A stretch of DNA of 64,000 bases. Origin: Microgenomates group bacterium. GTDB lineage: Bacteria; Patescibacteriota; Microgenomatia; Daviesbacterales; UBA10151. Position numbers and translations under genes: made by a program. The notes beneath the pieces were generated by a model. The model saw only the letters and a list, made by a program, of their open reading frames with translations, did not search any database and was not told where the DNA came from. The stretch is taken from assembly GCA_041659805.1 (NCBI GenBank), contig JBAZXP010000001.1:128589-192588 (forward strand), in the 5' to 3' direction. Shown here piece after piece: positions 30,518 to 39,119 of this stretch (position 1 is its first letter; each line of letters opens with the position of its first letter).

Positions 30518-31381
30518 ATGGAAAGATTATCTAAACGCGTTCGAAAAACCTATAATGCACAACGTCGTGCTCGCTACGAGGAAGATCTTACTGATATTCC
30601 TCTTGATTCTAATAACCCTTTAGACCGCAGGCTTCAGATAAGTAAAGAAAGCCAGCTTATTACTAACCTGCTAGTCAATCACTTAAGATCATCCGGGCTA
30701 ACTGATGATTTCAAATTACGAAGAGCATCTATCTATGGCAGAGCAATTGATCAACTTTCTCTATTAATTTTTCGAACACCTATGTTTCCCTGGCTTAAGG
30801 ATCAAGCAGATGAAGAATTATTAACTATTGCAACTACTTTAAGGAAGCTTTTTATGAGAGAGATTCCCCTAAAAATTCAACCAAATGCTACACACAATGA
30901 CGAACAGAAAATAACTTATAATGGCTACTACGCATTAACTCCTGAAACACAAAGAAGGGTTATTGTTAGCCACCAGCTTCAGGATAGTCATTCCAGAATC
31001 AATAGGGTGAGTCGAGCCAACAGTCAAATAGAAATCAAAGATATTCTTGGCAGATCTTCAAGAGGAAAAGCAATCGCAGGACAGGATACAAACTTAAGAA
31101 TTGGCCTACGCTATTCGGGCAAATTAGACAATCCCGCAATAACAGTAAGTATTGATTCTGGAGCAACCAATTTGACCACTGGTGATTTACTAAGCATACG
31201 TCCACTTTCTCAAGCAATTGAAGAAATTAATAAATCCTATTCCCCTGACACTAGCAGACCTTATACATTTCATTTTAATGATAAATTACCTGTTCATTTT
31301 TCTCCTCAACAAATAATTTCTGAGTTTTCAGATCTTAATCAGAATTTAAGCAAAGTGTTTGAAACTTTTGCTAAAAAATAA
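30518..31381 (+). CDS. Hypothetical protein
   Basis: Long ORF with no recognised motif. Confidence 0.65.
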   Translation: MERLSKRVRKTYNAQRRARYEEDLTDIPLDSNNPLDRRLQISKESQLITNLLVNHLRSSGLTDDFKLRRASIYGRAIDQLSLLIFRTPMFPWLKDQADEELLTIATTLRKLFMREIPLKIQPNATHNDEQKITYNGYYALTPETQRRVIVSHQLQDSHSRINRVSRANSQIEIKDILGRSSRGKAIAGQDTNLRIGLRYSGKLDNPAITVSIDSGATNLTTGDLLSIRPLSQAIEEINKSYSPDTSRPYTFHFNDKLPVHFSPQQIISEFSDLNQNLSKVFETFAKK

Positions 31382-31702
31382 TTATTTTACCTTTGCGCCA
31401 GGGGAAACTTTTTTAATAGGTTTAAGTAAAACAGGTTTATCATCTCCAACAGCCAAAATCATGCCGTTTGATTCCAGCCCCATCATCATTCTGGGCTCCA
31501 AATTTGTCACAAATGTTACCTGCTTACCTATTAAACTTTTTGGGGTATACCATTTTTTTATGCCTGAAAGAATTTGTCTTGGTTGCTCTTCACCAAAATC
31601 CACCTGCAATTTTAAAAGTTTATCTGAACCCTCAATCTCTTCTGCTTCCAGAATAGTTCCCACTTTCAACTCAACTTTAGAAAAATCATCAAAGGTAATC
31701 AT
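31382..31702 (-). CDS. tRNA-binding OB-fold protein (MetRS C-terminal / Trbp111-like)
   Basis: [18 protein letters not shown] and [17 protein letters not shown]. Confidence 0.9.
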   Translation of the reverse strand: MITFDDFSKVELKVGTILEAEEIEGSDKLLKLQVDFGEEQPRQILSGIKKWYTPKSLIGKQVTFVTNLEPRMMMGLESNGMILAVGDDKPVLLKPIKKVSPGAKVK

Positions 31703-32703
31703 TCAAAATAATCTATTTTCATTGCTTTTTTAACTTCATCTAAAGTTTTTTGGGCTTCTTTTTTAGCTTTTTCAGTTCCCTCTTTTAATATCCTTTCGAC
31801 AAGCTCAGGATCTCGCTCATATCGAGCTCGATTTTCTCTTATTGGTGCAAGGAAATTATTAAGAATTTGGACCAGATATTTTTTTACCTCAACATCCCCT
31901 ACCTGACCTGCTTTGTAATCCTCTTTGTATGTTTTTATTTGCTCCTGATCATCTTTTGTCCCAAAAGCATCAAGATAAATAAATACAGGGTTACCTTCTA
32001 CATGCCCAGGGTCTGTGGCTTTAAGCCTGGTTGGGTCTGTGTACATGCTCATAACTTTTTTCTCCACTTCATCTTCAGAATCAGAAAGAAAAATAGCATT
32101 ATTTAAGGACTTGCTCATCTTGGCGTCCCCATCTGTTCCAACAAGCCTGGGGAATGATCCAACTAAACCTTTGGGTTCATGTAAAACATTGCCATAAAGA
32201 GTATTAAATTTTCTGGCAATTTCTCTGGTTTGCTCAATCATTGGTAACTGATCTTCTCCAACAGGCACTAAATCAGCATTAACACATGTAATATCAGCAG
32301 CTTGGGAAACAGGATAGGCCAAAAATCCTAAAGTTAAATTTTCTCCATATCCTTTTTGCTTTATTTCATCTTTTACTGTTGGATTCCTCTGTAACCTGGC
32401 CATAGTCACTAAATTCATATAAAAAATAGTTAATTCTGCAATTTGAGGAATCATACTTTGAATAAAAATAGTGGTTTTTTTAGGATCAATTCCCACTGAT
32501 AAATAATCTAAGGTTACTTCTTTGATATTATCCCGAACTTTCTGCGGATTTTCGAAATTATCAGTCAGAGCCTGAACATCAGCAATCATCACAAATTGTT
32601 CAAATTCATCCTGTAATTTCACACGGTTAGCCAAGGACCCGACATAATGGCCCAAATGTAACTTCCCTGTAGGTCTATCCCCTGTTAATATCCTTTTTTT
32701 CAT
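31699..32703 (-). CDS. trpS: Tryptophan--tRNA ligase
   Basis: [29 protein letters not shown] and KMSKS. Confidence 0.97.
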   Translation of the reverse strand: MKKRILTGDRPTGKLHLGHYVGSLANRVKLQDEFEQFVMIADVQALTDNFENPQKVRDNIKEVTLDYLSVGIDPKKTTIFIQSMIPQIAELTIFYMNLVTMARLQRNPTVKDEIKQKGYGENLTLGFLAYPVSQAADITCVNADLVPVGEDQLPMIEQTREIARKFNTLYGNVLHEPKGLVGSFPRLVGTDGDAKMSKSLNNAIFLSDSEDEVEKKVMSMYTDPTRLKATDPGHVEGNPVFIYLDAFGTKDDQEQIKTYKEDYKAGQVGDVEVKKYLVQILNNFLAPIRENRARYERDPELVERILKEGTEKAKKEAQKTLDEVKKAMKIDYFE

Positions 32704-32713
32704 AGTTTCTCCC

Positions 32714-33482
32714 TTAATTTAACAATTTCCTTCCAAAATAGCTAGTCTTTCCTCCTCTTTTTTTCTCATAATTAAATTTTAGTAAAGCGTTGGCTAAAAT
32801 ATTTAAAGAATCAAAAACCGGAATATTAAATCTTTTTGGAAAAATCAGAGGCAGTTCTGTACAGCCCAAGATAATTCCTTCTGCTCCCCTGTTTTGTAAA
32901 GACTCAGTAATTTTAATTAATTTTCTTTTATCCTCACGGATACTTTTTCCGGCAATAATGTTTCTGATAATATCTTCCAAAATTTTCATTTCTTTATTTG
33001 ACGGTTTAATAATTATAAACTCTCCTTTCCGGCCAAACTAACCTTTCCCGGGCTAGTGCCTGTTGAAATAAACCTGATTTAAATGTTGTAGGTGAGGCTA
33101 AAAGCCCTACTTTTCTAATCCCACTGCCTTTAATCTCTCTAGCTATTTCATCAATCATAGAAATAAACAGTACTTTTGAAACATCTTGAAGCTGGCTAAG
33201 TAAAAGGTGGGCGGTGTTGCAAGATATAGATAATATATTAACTCCCATTTTATTCATTTTTCTAACCCGATCTTTTAATATTTTTAAAGCGATTTTTTTA
33301 TTTTTTTCATTCGCAATAAAATCCGGAATTGGGACAGAATCAAGCACTATTTCAGGAAAATCATCGCAATTTACAGCCCCAAATTCTTTGGCTGATAAAT
33401 CCACCAAAAGCTTGACCAAATGCACAGATGCTTGTGGTCCCATTCCTCCTAATATTCCTATAATTTTCTTTTGTTTTTTCAT
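32714..33482 (-). pseudogene. Aspartate/amino-acid racemase split by a frameshift near 33020-33055
   Basis: N-half GILGGMGP and SCNTAH; C-half ILGCTELP in another frame; imperfect duplication GCCCGGGAAAGG/GCCGGAAAGG at the junction. Confidence 0.8.
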
Positions 33483-33497
33483 AATTTTAGTTTCTAA

Positions 33498-33568
33498 AAT
33501 TTCAAGCTTTGCTTATAATTATTTTCCCTTTTTTCATAATTTCTTAATTTCAAGCTTTGCTTATAATT
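33498..33568. repeat. 23-bp direct repeat duplicating the racemase start region
   Basis: AATTTCAAGCTTTGCTTATAATT at 33498-33520 and 33546-33568. Confidence 0.85.
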
Positions 33569-33575
33569 TTTGTAC

Positions 33576-33626
33576 AAAAAAATCGCCCTGCCGGCGACTT
33601 GGAAAAAGCACAAAAACGCCAACAGG
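33576..33626 (-). promoter_or_regulatory. Attenuator terminator/antiterminator upstream of racemase-trpS
   Basis: Terminator GTCGCC-GGCAG-GGCGAT plus U tract; alternative helix CCTGTTGGCG/CGCCGGCAGG. Confidence 0.7.
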
Positions 33627-33627
33627 T

Positions 33628-33678
33628 TTAGTTGTTAATGTTTTGCCAATATTGAATTTCAGAATTTAATAATTCCAT
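33628..33678 (-). CDS. Putative Trp-sensing leader peptide MELLNSEIQYWQNINN
   Basis: TATAAT-6 nt-ATG; TGG at codon 11; stop codon 1 nt before the antiterminator strand. Confidence 0.65.
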   Translation of the reverse strand: MELLNSEIQYWQNINN

Positions 33679-33685
33679 ATATGTA

Positions 33686-33934
33686 TTATATCACTTTTTC
33701 CTCTAAAACAGGATTAAATTCCATAATTCCAATTTTCCCTGTAACAAAAGCTCTTTTAGAAACTGTTAATATTCTGGAGGGAGCCTCAATCTCCATTAAT
33801 ACTACATCTCTAGATCTTATTTCCTTAAGAAGCACAGGATAAGTTTCCAACACTTTTCCGCCCGCCAAAATAGAGGCTTCAAATTTTTGCCCTTCTTCAA
33901 TACTAAATTTTGGCGTTTCAATTCTTCTGTCCAT
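33686..33934 (-). CDS. Hypothetical protein
   Basis: 82-aa ORF; upstream TTGACT-17 bp-TATAAT. Confidence 0.6.
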   Translation of the reverse strand: MDRRIETPKFSIEEGQKFEASILAGGKVLETYPVLLKEIRSRDVVLMEIEAPSRILTVSKRAFVTGKIGIMEFNPVLEEKVI

Positions 33935-34021
33935 AAAAAATCCCCAAAAAAAAGACCTTTCGGCTCTTTGGGATAAAAGTATTATAGTAAATTAGCTTTT
34001 TATAGTCAAATTAATAATATA

Positions 34022-34154
34022 GTAGCAGGAGTGGGGATAAGAAAATCTTGCGACCTACGGTCTTCGAACCTGCTTCTCCACTGTGTGGAGCGCATATTTC
34101 TCCCCAATTACCCCTCAAAACAAAAAATCCCGCATGAAGCGGGACCTTTTGTTT
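34022..34154 (-). repeat. tRNA-Met downstream element ending in a 17-bp copy of the tRNA 3' end
   Basis: 34022-34038 identical to 34157-34173; terminator hairpin; 29-nt motif shared with the fMet element. Confidence 0.8.
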
Positions 34155-34231
34155 TGGTAGCAGGAGTGGGGATCGAACCCACGACCTCGGCGTTATGAGT
34201 GCCGTGCTCTAACCAGCTGAGCTACCCTGCC
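34155..34231 (-). tRNA. tRNA-Met(CAU), elongator type
   Basis: Full cloverleaf GGCAGGG...CTCATAA...TTCGATC...ACCA; G2-C71 and C3-G70 as in elongator Met. Confidence 0.92.
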
Positions 34232-34358
34232 TTGTGCCACCGCTGAAGCTTTAGCAACACGCGGTCGCAAGAAGTTTGCTTCGGCAGGCAAGCCTGCTTG
34301 ACGGAACTTCTTATGGCTAATTCTAACAAATTATAGGGAAATTAGAAAGTTTTCAAAC

Positions 34359-34631
34359 TTAAACTTTAAATTGAACCTGAAGAGAGAGATTCAAGGCTAC
34401 AGCTAAGCGTTTTAAAAAAGAAAGCGAAGGTGTGGTTTTTGCATTTTCAACACGGGAAATAACAGATTGTTTAGTATGTAGTTTCTTTGCTAAATCTTGT
34501 TGACTTAAACCCTGGTTTATTCTGGCATCAATAATAGCTTTGGCAATTTGAAACTCAAGCTCATTTTTCTTGAGAGCTTTTTGTACTTCAGGGTCTTTTA
34601 ATAATTGTGCTTTATGTGTTTTCCAGTCCAT
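34359..34631 (-). CDS. XRE-family HTH antitoxin (HigA-like)
   Basis: ARINQGLSQQDLAKKLHTKQSVISRVE; directly downstream of the toxin. Confidence 0.88.
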   Translation of the reverse strand: MDWKTHKAQLLKDPEVQKALKKNELEFQIAKAIIDARINQGLSQQDLAKKLHTKQSVISRVENAKTTPSLSFLKRLAVALNLSLQVQFKV

Positions 34632-34680
34632 ATATTAGTATAATATCACATTTTTGCTATAATTACAAACTTTATTTCAA

Positions 34681-35031
34681 TTACCTGGATTTATATTCTT
34701 TTAGTCTTACTAATGCTATGTCGACTTCCCTTTTATCTGTTTTCTGCTTTTTCTTATTAAATCCATGCAGTAATAAAAAGTTTTTCCCGGAAATAGCGAT
34801 ATACAAAATCCTTATATTATCTTGTCCAAGTATTCGAAGTTCCCATAAATCTGTACCAGTTAATTTTTTAGCATGAGGTGGACCAAGCCTAATTCCATAA
34901 CTTTCTAATAAATTAATGGTATTAATTACTTTGTATTTAGCATTTGCATCTAAATTGTTAATGAAATCATATACAGGAGGTGTGCTTTGTTGGGGTGCCT
35001 GATAATATCGGATATTCCACCCCTCATCCAT
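34681..35031 (-). CDS. RelE/ParE family toxin (HigB/Gp49-like)
   Basis: PHAKKL..LWELR..NIRILY..LLHGFNKKKQKT. Confidence 0.88.
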   Translation of the reverse strand: MDEGWNIRYYQAPQQSTPPVYDFINNLDANAKYKVINTINLLESYGIRLGPPHAKKLTGTDLWELRILGQDNIRILYIAISGKNFLLLHGFNKKKQKTDKREVDIALVRLKEYKSR

Positions 35032-35064
35032 ATCTAAATTATATCATTAGAAAGTTTTATAAAA

Positions 35065-35676
35065 TTACAGAATATTCCTTGGATCTAAAGCTCTTTTCAT
35101 CCGAAGACGTCCTTTTCTGTCTTCTTTCCCTATCCTTTCAAGCTCTAATTCTTCCTTTATTTCTGAATCAGACATTTTAAAAGATTCCATAACCACTGAC
35201 ATAAATTCATCAGATGGGTTTTCTTTACTAGCAATATGTAAAAAATCGGTTCTTTTTCTTGTTCCACGTCCATCCAAACGGATTTCTTCCATCATATCCT
35301 CCCATGATAATCTGACTAAATTTTTATCCGGAGTCTCAGGAGCAAGTTTGGTAATTTTTACAAAAAACACCCCACTACCATTGCAATCAGAACCAAGAGA
35401 AATAAAGTATCTGGGATTATAACCTTCCCCTATATCTAAGGGGTTGGAGAGTAAAAAAGCTCCACCTTCTTTTAATTGATCCACTCTTTGCAATGAAACT
35501 TTACGCAAATGAGCATACTCAGGATCCCCCCACTTTTCTTCTCTGGTTTTCTCAAGAAACCATCCTTGATCAATCGTCCAACCTCTTTTCTCAACCAAAC
35601 CATTTAATATACCAGTGATTTCACCAATTTCTAATTTCTTTGCTAAACAATCATTAACTCTTGTTTCACTTGCCAT
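35065..35676 (-). CDS. Hypothetical protein
   Basis: 203-aa ORF. Confidence 0.6.
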   Translation of the reverse strand: MASETRVNDCLAKKLEIGEITGILNGLVEKRGWTIDQGWFLEKTREEKWGDPEYAHLRKVSLQRVDQLKEGGAFLLSNPLDIGEGYNPRYFISLGSDCNGSGVFFVKITKLAPETPDKNLVRLSWEDMMEEIRLDGRGTRKRTDFLHIASKENPSDEFMSVVMESFKMSDSEIKEELELERIGKEDRKGRLRMKRALDPRNIL

Positions 35677-35765
35677 CTTGAGGATATTATTACTTTCTAT
35701 AGTAAAAATTGCAAGTTTTAGAACTCCAAGCTTCCAATTTGAGGCACAAAAGTGTATAATAGCTT

Positions 35766-35837
35766 CGCGGGGTAGAGCAGTGGTAGCTCGTGAGGCTCAT
35801 AATCTCAAGGTCCCAGGTTCGAATCCTGGCCCCGCAA
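35766..35837 (+). tRNA. Initiator tRNA-fMet(CAU)
   Basis: CGCGGGG start, C1:A72 mismatch, A11-U24, CTCATAA loop; CCA not encoded; TATAAT at 35755-35760. Confidence 0.93.
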
Positions 35838-35838
35838 C

Positions 35839-35980
35839 TTAGAACAGAAACCGTCCCTTGTGGGCGGTTTTTTGTTCAAAATGCGGACCGTAGGACAGAG
35901 AATCCGCGCTCCACGCAGTGGTGAAGCGGGTTCGGCAATCCACCACTGGTGGATTGGGCGTGTTATCCTGGCCCCGCAAC
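35839..35980 (+). repeat. tRNA-fMet downstream element ending in a 16-bp copy of the tRNA 3' end
   Basis: 35965-35980 identical to 35823-35838; terminator then nested hairpins. Confidence 0.8.
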
Positions 35981-36040
35981 ACAATTCCTATCCCATAACA
36001 GTTGACTTTTAATTTAACAATTCCTATAATCCCCTCAACT

Positions 36041-36631
36041 ATGGCAAAAGAACAAAAATTAGAAACTCAACAGGATTATTGGAAAGCAATTGAAGGACTT
36101 GGTGGCTTTGTTTGGCAACTTAATCATGATCTGGCTGATGGCCGAATCGAAGACCCTCAAGGCACAACTTCAAAAGGTATTTTTGATATGCAGCAAAGAT
36201 TAGAAGGTATTGTTGCAGAACTATGTGATAAATATAATATTATTTCACCCAAAGAATCTACCAGAGTTGATTTTTATACACCTCTTCCTCCTGCGCCAGT
36301 TGGTAAAACTTATTACTGGGAGTGGTATAAAGAACAAAAAACCAGTTACTACACCCAAAGGTACAACGAATTAATTTGTTCCTCTTGCCCAATCGCCAGA
36401 GATATAGAAAGTTACCTCTCGGGCGGATATTCTGATCCCTGTACAAAATATATAGGCAATATATACAACGGCCGCACACCAAAATATGAATGTGCCATGA
36501 CTATTTTAGGAGACTGGAGCAGAGACTGGTTGGAAAGAAATATATCGGCAGAGGGTGGCCCTGAAGCTTTAGAAAAATTTGTAGCCAAAGAGACAGAACT
36601 TAAATCACAATATCCCCAGGAAGCACAATAA
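36041..36631 (+). CDS. Hypothetical protein with a Cys cluster (CSSC..C..C)
   Basis: ORF preceded by TTGACT-17 bp-TATAAT. Confidence 0.65.
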   Translation: MAKEQKLETQQDYWKAIEGLGGFVWQLNHDLADGRIEDPQGTTSKGIFDMQQRLEGIVAELCDKYNIISPKESTRVDFYTPLPPAPVGKTYYWEWYKEQKTSYYTQRYNELICSSCPIARDIESYLSGGYSDPCTKYIGNIYNGRTPKYECAMTILGDWSRDWLERNISAEGGPEALEKFVAKETELKSQYPQEAQ

Positions 36632-36632
36632 A

Positions 36633-37436
36633 TTAAGTTAAAAGTTCAATTGAAACAGGAAATTCTGTAAAAACTGAAGTCCATTCACCTTTTAAACGAC
36701 CAAGTGAATCTTTCCACCGAGGAATATCTATTTTAGAAGGTACCAGAATCTCTTTTTGGATGTGTCCTGTTTGTGTCTTTTGTGAGAATAAAACATTTTC
36801 CCCGTTATCTATAATTGAATATAAAAGTTCACCTGCTATCATCTCCTGACCGTCTAACAAGTTCTGTTCTTCCGGTAATTTTTCTTTTCCTTTTGCAAAA
36901 TAATCATATGTATACTCAAAAATATCCCTGACCTTATAGATAAACCATCTTTCTTGATCAATCCTTTTAAAGCAAACCAAAGGGTTATTGGGTTCTTCTT
37001 CCGGTGTAATTAGCCCTGCACCTCTAACTGCCTGTAATGTTCCATCCTGACCATACCAAAAACAACCATATTGTACGTTAAAAGATAATCTACCATCTAG
37101 TCGTTCAAAGACAGAAGAAAGATTAATAACAGCGGGATATTCTTTTTCCTTTTCCGCTTTTGTGCGTTCCAATGGCAAACCCAATCCAAATGGTTTCACC
37201 CAGTAATTATGATCATAATGCAAACAAATCCCCGGATCTAAACAGACAACAATATTATTGGCATAATGTAAGGCACCTGTTTCTTTTTTTCTGGATATTC
37301 GAGCATCAGCCCAATTATATTCTTCAAAAACAACTCTTTCCCCGCTATTATCGGTGTCTCCCATCTCAAAAGGCAACCCATCAATAATCTCCTTCGGAAT
37401 AAGTGATTGCGTTGAAAAGCTAACTCTTTCTGCCAT
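36633..37436 (-). CDS. Hypothetical protein
   Basis: 267-aa ORF; TATAAT 8 nt before the ATG. Confidence 0.65.
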   Translation of the reverse strand: MAERVSFSTQSLIPKEIIDGLPFEMGDTDNSGERVVFEEYNWADARISRKKETGALHYANNIVVCLDPGICLHYDHNYWVKPFGLGLPLERTKAEKEKEYPAVINLSSVFERLDGRLSFNVQYGCFWYGQDGTLQAVRGAGLITPEEEPNNPLVCFKRIDQERWFIYKVRDIFEYTYDYFAKGKEKLPEEQNLLDGQEMIAGELLYSIIDNGENVLFSQKTQTGHIQKEILVPSKIDIPRWKDSLGRLKGEWTSVFTEFPVSIELLT

Positions 37437-37452
37437 AATGGCAGATTATACA

Positions 37453-37806
37453 CTATTTCCAAAACAGATTTAACCAGCCTTGATAGTTTGGAATAATTTC
37501 TTCTTTTTTCTCCAGCATTGTGCCTAAGACTTTATTTATCTCATCCTGGGAAATAATTACCACAGTTTCTTTTCCCCTGCTAAAATTAAGCCTGTCTCTG
37601 GCCTGAGATTCTATAAATTCATTACTATTTACCTGCTGTAGCTTTGTTTTTAGCTCAGCATTTTGCTTTTGTAGGCTCAGAAGCTTTTCTGTTTCTGTTT
37701 CTAATCTACCTCCTGCCTGCAGTGAATCTATCACCTGACTAATAAGGCTATAACAAATAACTATAACAAATATAAACCCGGCTATATAAGCTAATTTCCT
37801 ATACAT
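37453..37806 (-). CDS. Septum formation initiator (FtsB/DivIC family)
   Basis: N-terminal TM, coiled coil, FIESQARDRLN..GKETVV. Confidence 0.85.
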   Translation of the reverse strand: MYRKLAYIAGFIFVIVICYSLISQVIDSLQAGGRLETETEKLLSLQKQNAELKTKLQQVNSNEFIESQARDRLNFSRGKETVVIISQDEINKVLGTMLEKKEEIIPNYQGWLNLFWK

Positions 37807-37871
37807 AGTTTTTATGCTGCATATTTACATTTATCCTATAATGTGGTAAGATCTTGAGATCAAACTCAAAT

Positions 37872-38744
37872 ATGGATACTACTTTAACTGATGCACGAGA
37901 ACAATTTATCGCTTTTCTAAAAGAAAAAAGCCGCTCTTCCAGTACTATTTTAGCTTATGGGAAAGACATTGAGCAACTTGTCGACTATCTTAAGGCACAA
38001 GATGTTGTTACTCCAAACCAAATTAAAGCTGAATCTTTACAATCTTTCATGCAAAAACTAGCTAATGAAAGCTACACACCTAAATCAATCTCCAGAAAAA
38101 CTAATTCTACTAAAACATTTTTTAAATTCTTAAAAAATAACAGCTTAATTGATTTAGACCCTGCATCTAGCCTGGAACACCCATCTTTTGAAACAAAACC
38201 ACCAAGAATCCTTTCTAAAATGGAATACCGGGCCCTCAGAGATGCTGCCAGAGGAGACATTAGAATGTCTGCTATCATCGAGTTATTGCTCCAAAGTGGA
38301 ATCAGAATTGGAGAACTGGCTAAAGTTACCATTGAAGATGTCAGACTTGAAGCAGAAAATCCAAATATTTATGTAAGAATCGAAGAAGGATCAACAGAAA
38401 GAACCATTCCTTTAACAAAATCTTCTATTGAGGCTATCAAAAAATACCTGGAAATCAGACCAAAATCACAAAGCAAAGCCTTATTTATCACTAAAACAGG
38501 CAGACCATTACTTGTTAGAAACATCAGAACAGCCATTGATAGATATTTTAGATTAGCTGGTATTAAAGGAGCTAAGGTTAATGATTTAAGACACACCTGG
38601 GTCACCCATCAATTAGCTTCAGGATTATCTTTAACTGTTATTTCTAAATTAGCAGGACATAAAAGAGTTTCTACCACAGAAAAATATCTCCAGTATGTTC
38701 CAGCCAGAACCTCAGAAGATAAGATAAAACTCGAAGAGCTTTAA
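37872..38744 (+). CDS. Tyrosine recombinase (XerC/XerD-like)
   Basis: SAM-like N domain, GIRIGEL, NDLRHT and LAGH...TTEKY. Confidence 0.9.
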   Translation: MDTTLTDAREQFIAFLKEKSRSSSTILAYGKDIEQLVDYLKAQDVVTPNQIKAESLQSFMQKLANESYTPKSISRKTNSTKTFFKFLKNNSLIDLDPASSLEHPSFETKPPRILSKMEYRALRDAARGDIRMSAIIELLLQSGIRIGELAKVTIEDVRLEAENPNIYVRIEEGSTERTIPLTKSSIEAIKKYLEIRPKSQSKALFITKTGRPLLVRNIRTAIDRYFRLAGIKGAKVNDLRHTWVTHQLASGLSLTVISKLAGHKRVSTTEKYLQYVPARTSEDKIKLEEL

Positions 38745-38760
38745 ACCTTAATTAAACTCC

Positions 38761-38913
38761 ATGCGTCAAACAGCCCGCTTAGGTGAGAATGCAAGCGATA
38801 TAGCATGGCTGGTTGCATTAGGAAGAATCGGTATTAGCGAAAAGACAATTTTAACTGTTTGGGATACCAAGGAAGAAGAAAGCAGAAAATCGAAAAATTC
38901 CGACATCTCTTAA
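38761..38913 (+). CDS. Possible 50-aa protein MRQTARLGEN...NSDIS
   Basis: ATG..TAA ORF filling the gap after the recombinase; no homology recognised. Confidence 0.3.
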   Translation: MRQTARLGENASDIAWLVALGRIGISEKTILTVWDTKEEESRKSKNSDIS

Positions 38914-38914
38914 A

Positions 38915-38970
38915 TGGTGAAGCCGGGAGGACAACACACTTCCGCCTTCGGCGGATCCGAACCTCCAACC
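38915..38970 (-). other. Orphan tRNA-like 3' half with a hairpin inserted in the T-loop
   Basis: GGAGG-TTCG-[GATCCGCCGAAGGCGGAAGTGTGTTG]-T-CCTCC-CGGCTTC-ACCA; no pairing 5' acceptor strand upstream. Confidence 0.6.
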
Positions 38971-39023
38971 AGATGTTACATCTCAATCAAAAATTTGAGT
39001 GGAACTGTAGGACTTGAACAGTG

Positions 39024-39095
39024 TAGGCCCGGAAGGAGTTGAACCCTCGTCACGACTGTATAAGAATCGGGTATTAACCGTTATACGACGGGCCT
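39024..39095 (-). tRNA. tRNA-Ile(UAU)
   Basis: AGGCCCG/CGGGCCT acceptor, GTAT/ATAC D-stem, CGATT-CTTATAC-AGTCG anticodon arm, GAGGG-TTCAACT-CCTTC, A73. Confidence 0.88.
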
Positions 39096-39119
39096 AGGTG
39101 CTAATTATATCAAAAAAGA

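Noticed and set aside
33570-33690. T-box riboswitch before trpS
   Set aside because: No GGTGGNACC T-box consensus and the leader is too short; a uORF attenuator fits better.
38750-38970. Permuted (two-piece) tmRNA suggested by ...CGGCTTCACCA
   Set aside because: The best downstream 5' strand (GATGTCG) gives U3:U70 rather than G3:U70, no convincing tag ORF was seen, and the sequence after CCA folds as a simple hairpin plus U tract. Not formally excluded without a covariance search.
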